Shown here: positions 26,616 to 41,591 of the stretch, piece after piece
Numbering within the stretch: the first letter of the stretch is position 1
Layout of the letters: each line of letters opens with the position of its first letter
Source: Octopus vulgaris
Lineage: Eukaryota
Assembly (NCBI GenBank): GCA_951406725.2
Contig: OX597824.1
Coordinates: forward strand, 57,164,001-57,228,000
Reading direction: 5' to 3'
Length of the DNA: 64,000 nt
Made by a program: the position numbers and the translations under genes
Notes under the pieces: model-generated
Database searches by the model: none
The model's input: the letters and a program-made list of their open reading frames with translations, nothing else
Told to the model about the DNA's origin: nothing

Positions 26616-26758
26616 TATATATATATACACATACTTGGAAATGGATACATGACGTTCAATCAAAATATAATATAAATAATATATACCATACATACGAGCA
26701 GATAAACATACATACGTACGTACATCCATCCATCCATCCATCCATCCATCCATCCATC

Positions 26759-26790
<32 letters not shown>

Positions 26791-27559
26791 CATACATATA
26801 TATATATACGGGAGAGAGGAGGGTGAGAGAACGGAAGGAGAGAGAGGGAGAGAAAGAGAGGGAAGGGAGAGGGAGAGGAAGAAAGGGAGTGAGAGAGAGA
26901 GAATATGTATGTGTGAATAAGGATTTGTGATTATACATAATTGTCACCTGCTAATTTATCACAGTCAACTAGGTGGACATAATTTTAGCTCAAACCAAGC
27001 ATATCGTAAACCTGAGGAACGCTTAATGAAAATAGCGTATTTATCTACAGTGAGGCATGTTCCCATCTCAGTTAAAATACTGTACGTAAAAATCAATAAG
27101 ATATTCATTTTATCCCAAGGTAGAAATATCCGAGACAAAACGGTTGCCTGTTACAACATAACATTTGCATTATGATCTTTTTTGGGAAGTTAATGTACAA
27201 AGGGTATATCTTACCCTGCTATAAAGGGTATATACTCATCCGATACAATCACCCGTTCAAACTAAGGAGTCAAAACGGAAAAAGAAAAGAAACTTCTATC
27301 GCTAAGGCGGCAATATTTCCCCAAGAACACGGCAACACATCAGGTTTCAAAAATTTTGAACCCATGACGGTAAAAAATTTAAATCCACGCCATCTTTACC
27401 CCCAACAACCACCTGTATATTGAGAAAACTCTCACTTTCAAAGGCTGTGATCTGCATGTTGTTTCTCATTACGCTCCATGATACCCAGGGAATTTAAACG
27501 AGATATACAACGAATAACCACTAGAGTAGTTTTCTTTAGCTCGTGATTCAGAAAGGGAC

Positions 27560-27960
27560 ATTTTCACTGCCTTGCTTACCTTTTGTTGGTTTGCAAAGGA
27601 ATGTTCGCCTTAAAGCGTTGTTTTGTGAAGTCGATGATCTTCCATTTTGATTACTTGTCCTGTCCAACTTAGCTGTCTTCATTAGATTTAGTTCAGTGCT
27701 AGTGATCTTCACCTTCTTCAGGAACTCAACGTTAGTAACAGAATCACTCCAGTGGATACTGAAGTTGAGGTGAAGTCAGCAGTTCTGGCATCGTCCAAGG
27801 AGTTTTACGCGGTGTTATAAGATTACTCACGAACAAGATCGTGATGAAAATGACGGCTTTGTATTCAATGACCTTGGTCCCATTCTTCAGATGATTATTG
27901 CCCAAAGGAGTGTGGAATAATAATCAGCTGAAGATGGTCTGAGAGTTTTCAAACACACTT
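27560..27960 (-). mobile_element. Highly decayed RTE (BovB-like) fragment
   Basis: Minus strand VTNVEFLKKVKITSTE resembles the N.EVL.RA...SIE motif. Confidence 0.4.
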
Positions 27961-28108
27961 TAAAGACGATCACTCAGTCCATGAGACGGCAGCTTTTGAA
28001 GTCACAGGTGGATGAAATGCCACCCGACCCCATTCCTACCCCAACAAGACAAGGCAACTGAAAAGCGGAAAACTGGAGGAGTGGATGGAATCCCAGCATT
28101 GCATGAAT

Positions 28109-28167
<59 letters not shown>

Positions 28168-28587
28168 CACTCGCTCACACACACGGAGGGTTAACGTGGT
28201 AACAAAAACAGGACAGTTTTTCTTACTTTAACCCTCCGCAAAAAATCCAAAATTTTTAAAATTTGTTTTGCAAGAAGGACTGTTTTAGCGAAGTCGCATC
28301 TTGTCCCTACCTTCGAAACGCGGAGTAGATAAATCAGGGGACAACTAATGAAGGGAATGATCTTTATGCTGCCTGTCTTCTTTCTCTATTTCTTTCTTTC
28401 GCTGTTTGAAAAAGAGTTCGTCTTCCATACGTTTATAAATTTGTTTTGGATGATACTGATATGAAACCGTGTGTTGAAACAGCTATTGTTATATTTCGGG
28501 ACGGTAATTTTTATTATCCCAAATAAGCACACGCACTGTATATTCGTTCTTCACTCGATTATTATTGTTCATATTTTATCTTATGCC

Positions 28588-28629
28588 ACTGGAAATCTTT
28601 CGTCACACATCCGTGATCTCTTCAGCAAC
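28588..28629 (-). ncRNA. Minimal type I hammerhead candidate
   Basis: GUUG CUGAAGA GA UCAC-ggaugu-GUGA C GAAA G-au-UUC | CAGU, inside a microsatellite-flanked element at about 28190-28650. Confidence 0.55.
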
Positions 28630-28648
28630 CTTTAGGCGAAACAGGAGG

Positions 28649-28729
<81 letters not shown>

Positions 28730-29079
28730 CGTGTGTGTACATACACTAGCAAACTCATATGCCGTATGTATGTTCGTAAATATATATGAATTAATGCTAA
28801 TTGGAGAGTGTTAAAGAAGACAAACTGTCAGTGGACGGGAAAACAATGATGTGTGGGTGAAATGTTGTTTTGTTAGGTTAATGAGAGAGGGAAATTTTTC
28901 GTAAGTACACAGTTACCTTTGACCTTCTCTGACATTCATTCTTGTCACCTCATTGACTCCTACGTCAACCTGTGCTCCCTCTGCATTTCTCTCCGTGTTG
29001 TCTGTGTCTGTATGTGTGAATGTACATACATACATACATACATATACATATATATGTTTATATATTTATGTATATGTAT

Positions 29080-29360
29080 ATCACGTGACCGACCAGACCA
29101 TTGCTGGTCACAATGCGTTCGCATTGCTTTAGCCTTCAAATGACGCCACCCCGTTGGCTAAGCGAGCAGGCCAACAGACGAAAGAGTGAGAGAAAGAGTG
29201 GTGAAAGAGTACAGCAGGGATCACCACCCCCGGCCGGAGCCTCGTGGAGCTTTTAGGAGTTTTCGCTCAAGAAACACTCACAACGCCCAGTCTGGGAATT
29301 GAAACCGCGATCCTACAACCGCGAGTCCGCTGCCCTAACCACTGGGCCATTGCGCCCCCA
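29080..29360 (-). mobile_element. SINE family C
   Basis: Reverse complement of the 21467 copy. Confidence 0.85.
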
Positions 29361-29372
29361 CATATATGTATG

Positions 29373-29543
<171 letters not shown>

Positions 29544-29621
29544 TCATACATACAAGCATATCCGTTAACGCTTATATTTAATACTTTTGGGGTGTATTGT
29601 ATGTTCGTTTCTTTTTTTGTA

Positions 29622-30005
29622 TACTCTTTTACTTGTTTCAGTCATTTTGACGGCGGCCATGCTGGAGCACCACCTTTAGTCGAGCAAATCGACCCCGGGA
29701 CTTAGTCTTTGGAAGCCTAGTACTTATTCTATCGGTCTCTTTTGCCGAACCGCTAATTTACGGGTACGTAAACACAACAGAATCGGTTGTCAAGCGATGT
29801 TGGGAGGACAAACACAGACACACAAACACACACACACACACACACATATATATACGACAGGCTTCTTTCAGTTTCCGTCTACCTACTCCACTCACAAGGC
29901 TTTGGTCGGCCCGAAGCTATAGTAGAAGACACTTGCCCAAGGGCTGAACCCGGAACCACTTGGTTGGTAAGCAAGATACTTACCACACAGCCACTCCTGC
30001 GCCTA
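29622..30005 (-). mobile_element. SINE family A
   Basis: Full head-to-tail match to the 7918 copy. Confidence 0.9.
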
Positions 30006-30161
30006 TATATGTTATTTTTTATTATTGATCTATATAAACAAAGCTATATCCTTTAATTTGTTGCTTTTCTCTACACGAACAGAGAAGATACCTTGCGGAA
30101 CTGTTATTTTAACGAGTTATATCTATTTATCACCGAAGAGACACATCTACATCGTCGGATA

Positions 30162-30240
30162 CTCTTGAAGCATTTATTGAGTATCCCACCCGTGAGGGAT
30201 CGAAGTCAGACGGCTCGAAACAATTGTAGAGATTAATAAA
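30162..30240 (+). ncRNA. Degenerate hammerhead-like motif followed by AATAAA
   Basis: CUC UUGAAGC ... GAGU..GCUC GAAAC AAUU GUA | GAG; palindromic stem III ACAAUUGU. Confidence 0.4.
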
Positions 30241-30333
30241 AATTCTCGTATCTTCTATCATCCGTCTCTCTAATTAACCCTCTCTCTCTCTCTCTCACAC
30301 ACTCTCTCTCTCCCTCCCTCTCTCTCTCTCTCT

Positions 30334-30386
<53 letters not shown>

Positions 30387-30435
30387 CATATATATATATA
30401 TATATATAATTGTAGGTGGTATATGAATGGGTATA

Positions 30436-30932
<497 letters not shown>

Positions 30933-30996
30933 ATAAAACGGTAAGATAACAAAAGAAAGAAAGAGACCTCAATATTATGTAAATAGAGGAAATTTA

Positions 30997-31044
<48 letters not shown>

Positions 31045-31317
31045 CTTGTTTTATTTATATTTCCTGAGCGCCATACTAATACAATTGTTTGTTTGTTTCC
31101 CACCTGCCTTCGTCTTTTGTCTATTTTCATAAAGCTTCCCGTTATATATATATACACACACTATCAATGCACCCTGGCGTTGTCCGGGTGTTATGACCTA
31201 CTGCCACATTATATTATTTGTTCCTTTCTTATGGAAAGAACCAACACACGGGAAGTATGAAACAAACAACTCTCCTTTATAAACATATTTTCGCTTATTT
31301 TCTGATGGAGAACGCTG

Positions 31318-31448
31318 CAGTTTCCTTCTACCAAATTCAGTCACAAGTCTGTGGTTGACGTAGGGCTATAGTAGAAAATATTTGCCCAAGGTACCATGCA
31401 GAGGGACTGAACATGAAACCTTGTGGTTGGGAAGCAAACTTCTCAACC
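31318..31448 (-). mobile_element. SINE family A, 5' part
   Basis: ttgcccaaggtaccatgcagagggactgaac...gtggttgggaagcaaacttc. Confidence 0.75.
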
Positions 31449-31470
31449 ACCCAGTCATACTTGCACCTAA

Positions 31471-31501
<31 letters not shown>

Positions 31502-32503
31502 ACATTTGTTGTTAAATCGAGTTTTGTGTCTCACTATGTCTCAAAGTTAGCAGTTCATCAAGCAGAAATCTATAAAATAAATGCCAGATTGAAGCACAAA
31601 CTGGGGTCAGTATAATCAATCAAATTCTTGAAGGCGATACCCCATCAGGGTGACACTCGCAAAGACTATCTCTAGTAAAATAGTGTTTAAAGACTTAATG
31701 GCTTCAAATTTAAGGTAATGGATTACTAACCACAAGATAATGAGTTCAAAACTTCGTTTTGAACTTCCACTCTATGCGATAAAACTATATGTATATCTCA
31801 TTCTACTTGACTTCCAACAAGTAACAATTGTAATTTGAAGCTGAATAGTTAGCAGTAAGGAAGATGTCCAGATTTTTCAAAAAATTATTGCGCAAAATAT
31901 TCTGAGAAAGACACAGGTTTATAGTATTTCAGGAAGAAAAAACAAACGATGCAATGGGTTTGCTACATCAGAGTTAATTCTGGGTTAAACAAAACACAGA
32001 CAAACATACTTCACATTAAAAGATTATCTACTAAATAATACTAATAAAGTTGACGGTATATCTTCGAAGTTTCATTCCATGGTAAAACTCCATGGATTTT
32101 AAACATTTTCTCATAATGCTATAAGACAAAGAGTGTTTAGGCAGAGTTGTCTCCCTTTGCTAAAGACCTCAAAATTGTGCGACCCAACCTCGTTTCAAGG
32201 TTATTTTTGTAGTAAAAAAGAGTTGTTGTGCAAAAAAATAAAAACATACTTTATTTGAAAGATTACTGAATCTTTCGATACCTCATACGTCAAAATCGGC
32301 AACGGATCTCCTTGAGGTAAATCATTCTGATGAGAGAAATGATAGGAAAGTAATAGTTATCTATTGGATATATATTGTTCAGTATATTGAGGGGTATTCA
32401 TTCCAGAGAGAGAATAAATGCTAGCAATTCCAATATTGTGTGATTATTGAGAGGAGGAATAAATAATACATTCTGGTATGAGGGAAAATTGATAGATAAA
32501 AGC

Positions 32504-32537
<34 letters not shown>

Positions 32538-32635
32538 ATATACATACTCACACACACACACAAACACATGTATGTGTGCATGTGTGTGTGTCTGTTTATG
32601 ACCACAACCACCACTTGAGATCCAGTGTATATCTT

Positions 32636-32878
32636 TTATATTTTACTTGCTTTAGTCATTTGATTGTAGCCATGCTGGGGCACTGCATAGAACGAATCAA
32701 CCATCGTCCTATATTTTTAAACATGGTTGTTACTGTATCGATCTCATTGGCCGAACCAGTAGCTTTACAGAGACGTAAGCAAACCATCAGCAAATACCAA
32801 GGAATAGTAGGAGGCAAACACAAACACACACACATACATACACACACACATACATACACACACACGCGCACGCGCACG

Positions 32879-32931
<53 letters not shown>

Positions 32932-33048
32932 GTACAATGAGTTTGGCCCGGGCGGTAGTAGACACTTGCCAAAGATGCTACGACTGAGACTGAACACAGA
33001 ATCATGTCGTTGGAATGCAAATTTCTTACCATAAAGCTGCGCCCTTGC

Positions 33049-33050
<2 letters not shown>
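32636..33050 (-). mobile_element. SINE family A, degraded
   Basis: ttttacttgctttagtcatttgattgtagccatgctgggg ... gacacttgccaaag. Confidence 0.7.
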
Positions 33051-33140
<90 letters not shown>

Positions 33141-33262
33141 TTATTTATCCATATGTGTGCCTGTCTGTCTGTATAGATAAACATTATATACTTACACTTA
33201 TATGATAAAAATATTATCTATATATGCAGACACACATATGTGTGTATGCATACGTGTGTCTG

Positions 33263-33329
<67 letters not shown>

Positions 33330-34481
33330 GGGAGACAGACAGACAGACAGATGGGTTTAAAACGGGAAGGAAAGACAGGGGTTACAATTAAATATCTTCC
33401 CAAGGCTGAGTTGTTAAGGGCAGCACTACTTTATGATAGCGTCTTATTCTTTGTGACAATGTTACAGTAATGTGAAATGGCTATTCTCCATATTTATGTG
33501 ACATTACAACTCCACTGCAGCATAGTTTATCAATCCAGGAATTTGAACTCAGAATGCAAAAGGCATGGAAGTGAACATTGCAAAGTTAGTTATCCATCTT
33601 CTTAACGAGTCTGCCGAACACAACTGCCTCTCCCTCGACACTACCAGTACTCTGCCGCATCTCTTTTGTCAGTTTTTGTCTACTGCCTACTTAAACAGTA
33701 ATTTGCTGCATTGTGAGTATCTGGTCCCGCAATGGATACATCACATCTCACTTACAATACTTTTGTTATGCAAGAACAAGAAACCTATGAGAGTTGTAGT
33801 TAAGATTTCCAAATATTCTCTATTCAAGTTTCGCTACGTAAAGTTTAGTTATAGAGAATATCACAATTGGTGTCGAATTTAATTCTGATGTTTCCTTTTT
33901 ATTTCCAAGTATAAATGGATAATTTGGAGCTGTTCCGTTTCTCAACGTTTCTGGAGGAAGTCTGATGTAAGTATTTGAATTTCTATACTTAAAAAGAAAT
34001 CTTCGTCATAGCTCTCATTGCCGATAACAAACTAGCAATACGCATATATAAAGACATCTATTTCGCACCAAATCTTCCACAGTTTATAGTAACAAATGTT
34101 TCAAAATTGTTCGGTTCAAATCTCCATCAATATAACTAAAATGTTAGTAGAAAACATTCAAAATTAACGCAGGATCATCCACACACAGTATATTATTTAA
34201 TGAAAATGATTAAAATAAATTTATAGTTTATATAACAGTAATTGGCTTGATAAGGCTCATGAATAAATTTATGGAGCACGAAAGTCTAACAAGATTAGAA
34301 ACTAGTTAGATTGCTTCACTTTTCCACTCTAGAGAGGAAAATAAAAATGTTGGTGTAACTTGTTTGCTTACTTCGTGGCAAATATAACGTGCTAAATGTA
34401 TACGTCTTAAAAGGGTATACCTTATGTAATATATTATTGAAAACATTTTTAAGGCACCGTCTGTAGATTTATGTGTGCGTG

Positions 34482-34518
<37 letters not shown>

Positions 34519-34521
34519 ATG

Positions 34522-34563
<42 letters not shown>

Positions 34564-35060
34564 CATATATACATGCCCCCCCACACACACACATGCACAT
34601 ATGAATTCATGGGCATGTGTGTAGCTAATTTGAAATTATATAGTAGATTCGTGCATCAGTAGTAAATGTATGTATATATATGCAAATGTATGTATACAGA
34701 CCTACGTACCAGAAACGTTGCTCGCAGACAATGTGGCGCTGGCTTCTGTAACACAATGTTCTATTTCGCTCTTTAATATTGAGGTTTTCAGCAATTATAT
34801 ACTTTATTTCTTGTCTTGAGCCCTTTTCCAGGGGTCGGCCTGCGTACTCGTGTTTTTTTTGTTTTAGCTGAAAAATAGCCGAGGAGAAATGACTGAGGGT
34901 ACATATGATTACATTCGTGTATGCGTATGTATGTGTGTGTGTGTGTGTGTGTGTGCACGTGTGTGTGTATATATATGCGTCGGGATATATACGTATGTGT
35001 GTATGTGTGTGTGTATACATATACATATATAATAAATATATGTGTCTATGCATATATATT

Positions 35061-35418
35061 ATTTTATTCTTTCATTTGTTTCAGTCATTTGACTGCGGCA
35101 ATGCTGGAGCACCGCCTTTAGTTGAGCAAATCGACTCCAGGACTTATTCTTTGTAAGCCTAGTAGTTATTCCACTGGTCTCTTTGCTGAAAGGCAAATTT
35201 AAGAGACCGTGAACACATCAAGCAATATCGGGTGGGGTGGGGGACAAACACAGACGGAAACACCTTCCCCCCCACATATATATATACGACGGGCTTCTTT
35301 CAGTTTCCGTCTACCAAACCAACCCACAAGGCTTTAGTCGGCCCGAGACTATAGTTGAAGACAGTTGCCCAATGTGTCACACAGTGGGACTGAACCCGGA
35401 ACCATGTGGTTGGTAAGG
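35061..35418 (-). mobile_element. SINE family A
   Basis: cagtcatttgactgcggc ... gggactgaacccggaaccatgtggttggtaag. Confidence 0.85.
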
Positions 35419-35658
35419 AAGAAGGGGAGGTAATAAAGTAGTGGTGATCCCAAAACGAAGGTGCGCGTACTTGTGTATGTGAGAGCGTGTATGTGCGTGT
35501 AGAAGGGGGCTGGTAACATTGACGTGTTCGTGTGTGCATGTGTAGGTGTGTGAATGATGGTGTGGGTGCAGGGAAGTGTATATTAATGTATATATATATA
35601 TATATATATATATGCACATATATATACACATATGTTCACACATAAACACACACATATA

Positions 35659-36176
35659 CAGGGTGGTTGAAAAGTAACACCTTATTTTGAAATACTTGTG
35701 AATATTTTAATTGCAATTTTTTTCTCAATTTTTATTTTGAAGTATGAGAATTTATTCTTTAATTGTATTGCTCATGTCATTCACAAATCACTGAATGCCC
35801 ACTTTCCCTGGAGATGGATGGGTCATTGTTGTCCGCATGAGTGGCCAATCAGAATTCACAAGTTAATACCCTGTGACTTTTTTCTTTCGGGTTGGCTAAA
35901 AGAACAAGTCTAATGTGCCAAGCCAAAGACTTTGGGAGAACTCGAATGGTGATTATGAGAAGTTATATCTGCTCCCGTCCCATTAGAGTTTCTGGTGAAA
36001 TTAGTTGACGCAATTATTGGATGATTCAAGAAGCTGGTGGCGACATCAGGAAACCAAATCATATTTCTAATGAAACCCCATACTAAAAGCTTTCCTCTGA
36101 TATCCATTTTTTGTAAAAATTACAATTAATAATTTATAAGTATTTTAAAATTGGGGGTTATTATTCAATCCCCCTG
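35659..36176 (+). mobile_element. Tc1/mariner-superfamily (maT/DD37D-like) deletion derivative
   Basis: TA|CAGGGTGGTTGAA ... TTCAATCCCCCTG|TA inverted termini; internal WPIR...PCDFFLSGWLKEQV. Confidence 0.75.
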
Positions 36177-37716
36177 TATATATATATACATACATACAAG
36201 CATATATATATATATACACACACATGAAATATACACATAAAAAGATATATACATATTTACAGACATTTTCTGGATATAGTTACACGAATCAACTCAAGTA
36301 TTTAATTGTTTTAAAGTCTGGTACTTATTCTATGGATCTCTTATGCTGACACACTAGGTTACAGGGACTGAAATAAACCAACACTAGTCGTCAAGGGTTG
36401 GGTACAAATAGATACACAGCGAAATGTACGTACGTGAATTATATTGAGATAGTGATTCATATAAACACGATTTGGTTTGATATATATATATATATATATA
36501 AACCTCTAGTGATATATAATGATACATATAACTAAATATCTTCTAAATCTGAAGATAAACATATATGTAAAGTCATATAGATATTTGTATATATACAGAC
36601 AAAAAATTTACATAGAATAAAAACAAATTCAGAATAGTAAGGAGAGAATACATAGTTTTTAACTCGACAGCTGGTTCTGGAAGTTTGGAATGACCTAATT
36701 ATCGTAATTTTCATAATTAGTAGATAGAATATGCAAAACGTCATGGATATGCAACCAGTAAATGGTCAATTAGTAATATTATCATAAGAGCGGCTTCCTT
36801 CATCAGGAGAAAAAACATTGGCAATAGCAGTTCAAATTGTAGTGCGTAAGATTTAAAAGTTGAAGGGAGAAAAGGGAAAAAAAATAAAAGGCAGGGAGAA
36901 GGAGGGTGTAAGCATCTTAAGGAGGGGGAGTAGAGAAATAGAGGAAGAGCAGGAATAAATACAAGGCGGGGAGAGGGAGGGGTAAGTCAGAGGGAGGGGG
37001 AGAGGGAGGGGTAATCGGAGGAGTGAATAGAAGTAAAAGAGATGAGACGGAAGGGAGGATGAGAAGGGGTAAGATAAGTTCAGTATAGCGAAAGGAGGCG
37101 CCACTGGTGGTCGGGTATGCTGTTAATCACCTTAAATCAATTATCGATGATTACTAGTTAGCGGAGGTGAAAGGCTGCTGAGGTAGAGAGAAAGGTACGA
37201 GAAGAATAGCGAGGAGTAGACTTTGAGTAAATAAAGAATGGGAGCTGGTTATACAAAAACATGGAAAGAAGCAAGAAAAGAATTCAAGGAATAAGGGTAG
37301 TGTAACGGCTGAGGAAGATATGCTGAAATATGGAGATATGAACAAAGAGAATAGAGAAAGAAGAGAGAGGGAGAGAGGGAGAGAGAAAGATAAAGAGAAG
37401 GAATATGCTGCTAGCATAGCTAAGTGATAAGCTGGGGATTAATCATAATTAGGAGAGACTCTAGAGACTTTGCGTAATGGCCGAAAATGGAGTAAAATTT
37501 GTACCTATATGAAAAGATTACGTGAGATATCCTATTCAATAATGAGGTGTTACGGTCACGAAGGATAGCGAGTGACTCTCTTAAACACAATTAATAAACA
37601 TGTGGTTAGTATTGTACAGGGAAATCTCACAAACAATGGAGTAGGATTATATAGGGAATATTTCAAGACTTGAGGTTCTGTATGCATATAGTTAGGGGAA
37701 GGTGGAAAGTCTAGAA

Positions 37717-38220
37717 CAGTGATTTTCAAAATGGGGCATGGGATCACAATTTTTTTCTATATTTTTAGGGGGACATGGAATTGTGAAAAAAATTTTTCAC
37801 AACCTCTTGATTAACTCAACCATTGCTAGTAGATATCACCAAAGTTCAGCATAAAAACTTTTGATTCATTTCCCCATGACTTGTTTCGTTGAGTGTGGCT
37901 TGAGATACAGACTTGAAATTACAAAATGTGATTTACTGCAGAAGCTAACAAAATTGTCTCCTCAAAGCTAGGAAACCTGCCATAAGCGTCCGACACGAGG
38001 TTCTCATTAAAGTGATTCATTCACTCTTGTTTTCAAAGTCAATTATGAACTTTCCTTTGTAATCAGTACTTAATAAAAGACCTACCGGTAGATTGTTTTG
38101 CATTAAATAATTCTGATAAAGTAGTGAAAATAAAGTTATTTGGTTCCAGTCACCGGTGGGAGCATACATTTTTCTGGAAATTTATCGTGGGACCTGGGGG
38201 GAATAGGTTAGAAAACACTG
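37717..38220. mobile_element. hAT (Charlie-like) MITE
   Basis: Termini CAGTGATTTTCAAA / TTAGAAAACACTG with an 8-bp TSD gtctagaa / gtctagag. Confidence 0.75.
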
Positions 38221-38399
38221 GTCTAGAGGCTCATTTTGTAAACGAATTCATGTGAGTCAGTAGCGGTCCTTGAAATCAACAGTGCAGCCAATGTAGACCC
38301 TAGCTTGGTGGGAACATGGTGATATTAACCGGCATGTATATACTACATTACATTATAATCAAAAACTATCCAACAGATAAAGTTAGGGGGCCCGGAAAT

Positions 38400-39465
38400 T
38401 TAACGATTTCCAACTAGTTTAGGAGTGATCCTTTTCCGGTCGGGTTCATTAGATCAGTTATCCTCAAAAAAGGACCAAAGATTCTATCATTACTTACGTT
38501 GGGTATCACAGCAGTTATATGTGGTCCAGTTGCTAGTAGTGGGGATGGTAGTACCAGGGTTGCTACTATTAAAGTGGGTAGGCTTCCTGAGGGTTGTAGT
38601 ATTATCATCATGTGGTTTGGGCTGGGGTCCAGATGGATAGATCTTAGGGGCCAGTGTGAAGCAGCTTAGTTTGCGCCTATTGGAGGGTGCTATTAAAGAT
38701 CTCAAGTTTGTTGTTGTAGAATAGGAGATTTTAATCTAAGACTTATTAAATTATTATGTTGTGGTCAGAAATTGGAGCTTCGGGTTTTGAAAATAGCTTG
38801 GGCGAATAATTAACCAGAAGAGAGAAAAGTGGCGCGAACGTTGGTAAAGGGTATTGATGGGTTCGCCAATAAAATTCTCTTTGCAATTAAGGCAAGTTTT
38901 GCAGTATGTGGGATTCTGTAATTTGCAATTCATATCTGCATTTACTTTTGAAATTTATATAGAAACTAGTGTCCCAATATTTGAAGTTTTGTTATATGAT
39001 CTACATCTATTATCACCACAGTCCTTCCCAGAAGATTCTGAATTATTATCTGATGTGACTTTTGTCCTCATGAGATGTTTTATAAGGTTTTTTGGTTGAC
39101 GTTTACTGTTTTGTATAAGGTTTTTCTCGACCAGATTTTCATTTTGGGGTCTCGAAGGGTATTGTAAGTTTTGTTTTCTATAGTGTGGAAAATGTTGGTC
39201 ACTCCTGGATTATGTGTACTGATAAATGGAATAGTATTTTTGTTAATTTTTTCTTGGGTGTTCTCAGTTGCAGGATTGACATTGCCTTTGTAATTCAATT
39301 ATTTATCTATTTTAAGGGGTAATTATGTTTTTTGTTGTTGTTGGGGGAAGCTTTTAAGTTCATTGAGCCGAATTTAATGTATTTCCGAATCAACAATTAT
39401 TGCACAGATACACCTTGCATTACTATATGGAATATCCTGTTTGATGTGTGAAGGGTGGCACTAGT
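38400..39465 (-). mobile_element. Decayed Penelope-like fragment
   Basis: Minus strand CHPSHIKQDIPYS and IPFISTHNP, paralleling the element at 24470. Confidence 0.65.
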
Positions 39466-39885
39466 AGATTACGCACGCAAATAAGTGGCTGGGAGAGCGT
39501 GTATAAATGGTTCGTTTACGTCTGTCTATGAATTTCCTGTAGCTTATAAATTTTCACATATATCCGAAAATATATATACAATATTTCTTATATTTTTGCT
39601 AGAAACATAACCGCAGATCGACAGATATCCGACGAAGAGAATATCGCGCGCGCACGCACGCGCGCACACACATACGCACGCACGTCCTCACACAGACACA
39701 CACACACACATATACTTACACACATATGTGTATATATTTATGGGTTTAAACAGATATAACATAAATTTATGCCTTTCCGGGGAGTGTGGCTTAGAAGAAA
39801 TTAGCCCTAAATAAATGTATTTCAGTTACTCATGTAACGAACAGGGCTCCGGCAACAATTATGTTTGTATATACAGACCTCACTC

Positions 39886-39958
<73 letters not shown>

Positions 39959-40106
39959 GTATATATATACATATAAATATGTAAATGTATACATACACAT
40001 ATATAAATATATATACATATATACCTCTATACATACGTACATACATACGTACATGCATACATGCATACGTACATACATAAATACATAAATACATAAATAC
40101 ATACAT

Positions 40107-40227
<121 letters not shown>

Positions 40228-40587
40228 TACATATTTATCTATGTATACACGCATAGATCCCACCCCTCGAAATGCATACGTTGACAAAATAAATGTGATA
40301 TAAACACACGTGTGTTTGTGCGAATTCAGATTCTCAATGGGAGGTCCTTTTCTAAGGCGATTGGCGAAAATTCCCCAGACATGTTTTACAAAACCCATGT
40401 CAGAAATATGTCAATCATATTGTTTCTCATATGCTAGACAAAAACACACTTCACCTCTACACGCTAACAATCTACACACCTCTACATTCACAACACAAAA
40501 CATTTCTGTAATCTAGGGGACATATACATACATATGTATATACATACACACTATTGAGAGAGATGCGTATATATGTGTGCGTATTAG

Positions 40588-40650
<63 letters not shown>

Positions 40651-40914
40651 CATATATGAATGTATGTATGTATGTATATATATGTATACACACATACACT
40701 CATATATATATTCATGGTTTCTATGTATCAATGTCTATCACTTTCAATAGTGTAAATATTTATAAATGTGCATTTTGTAGCTAAGATGATGGGTTAGGTT
40801 TCATATGTATATATATTTCTCTCTATATATAGATATATTTACCTACATATGTATATTTATATGTGTGTACAAGTATGCGGAAATATGTATGTGTGTATGT
40901 GCATATATGCATAC

Positions 40915-40966
<52 letters not shown>

Positions 40967-41024
40967 AAAAAATGAAGTTCGAAAATGCTGCTGTATTATA
41001 CAATTTTTAATTTTTATATATACA

Positions 41025-41066
41025 TTATAACATGTTTCAGTTCCTGAAATGAACCTTATCAAAAAA
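41025..41066 (-). ncRNA. Minimal hammerhead candidate with U3-A8 core, same pLTR family as 26420 and 30436
   Basis: UUUU UUGAUAA GGUUC-auuucag-GAACU GAAAC AU GUU | AUAA; the element starts at 40960 directly after (TA)n. Confidence 0.55.
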
Positions 41067-41591
41067 AGTTATATATAAAAAGAGACAGCTCATGCCGTCA
41101 AACACAAGAAATTCATTTATAATACACAACGGAGTCAGACATCTTAGAGTTCATGTATAGTTGATATATTTCATGTATAGTTGATATATAGTTTGAAGTA
41201 TATGTTCAAAGTGTTCGATGCAGTGGCCCACGGTGGCGATACGTATTCAATACAAAAAACAGATCAAAGTGGTGGAAAGCGGTCAATACAGAAGATTGAT
41301 GTTTCCGAAAGAGCGAGGAATTCATTTTTACCTTAAGCAATTGTGATGACCCATGGTGGAAGTTCGCTGGGTGGTTCTAGTGATTTTTTGTGAAATGCTT
41401 GGTTTTATAATGCCTGTTAGGTGGTCAATCTAGCGTAGCGTGACGTCATCAATGTTTTGACCAATCGTTTCGTTAGGTGGCTTTAATCAAGTGGAACGGG
41501 ACGTCATCATTATTTTGACCAATCAAACACAAATACGCACACAGATACACATACATGCACACACTCACACACACACATACACACACATATA

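Noticed and set aside
38424-38456. Hammerhead-like CUAAUGA...GGAAA at the end of the minus-strand Penelope, and a similar motif at 61385-61430
   Set aside because: The core and stems are too degenerate to support a call.
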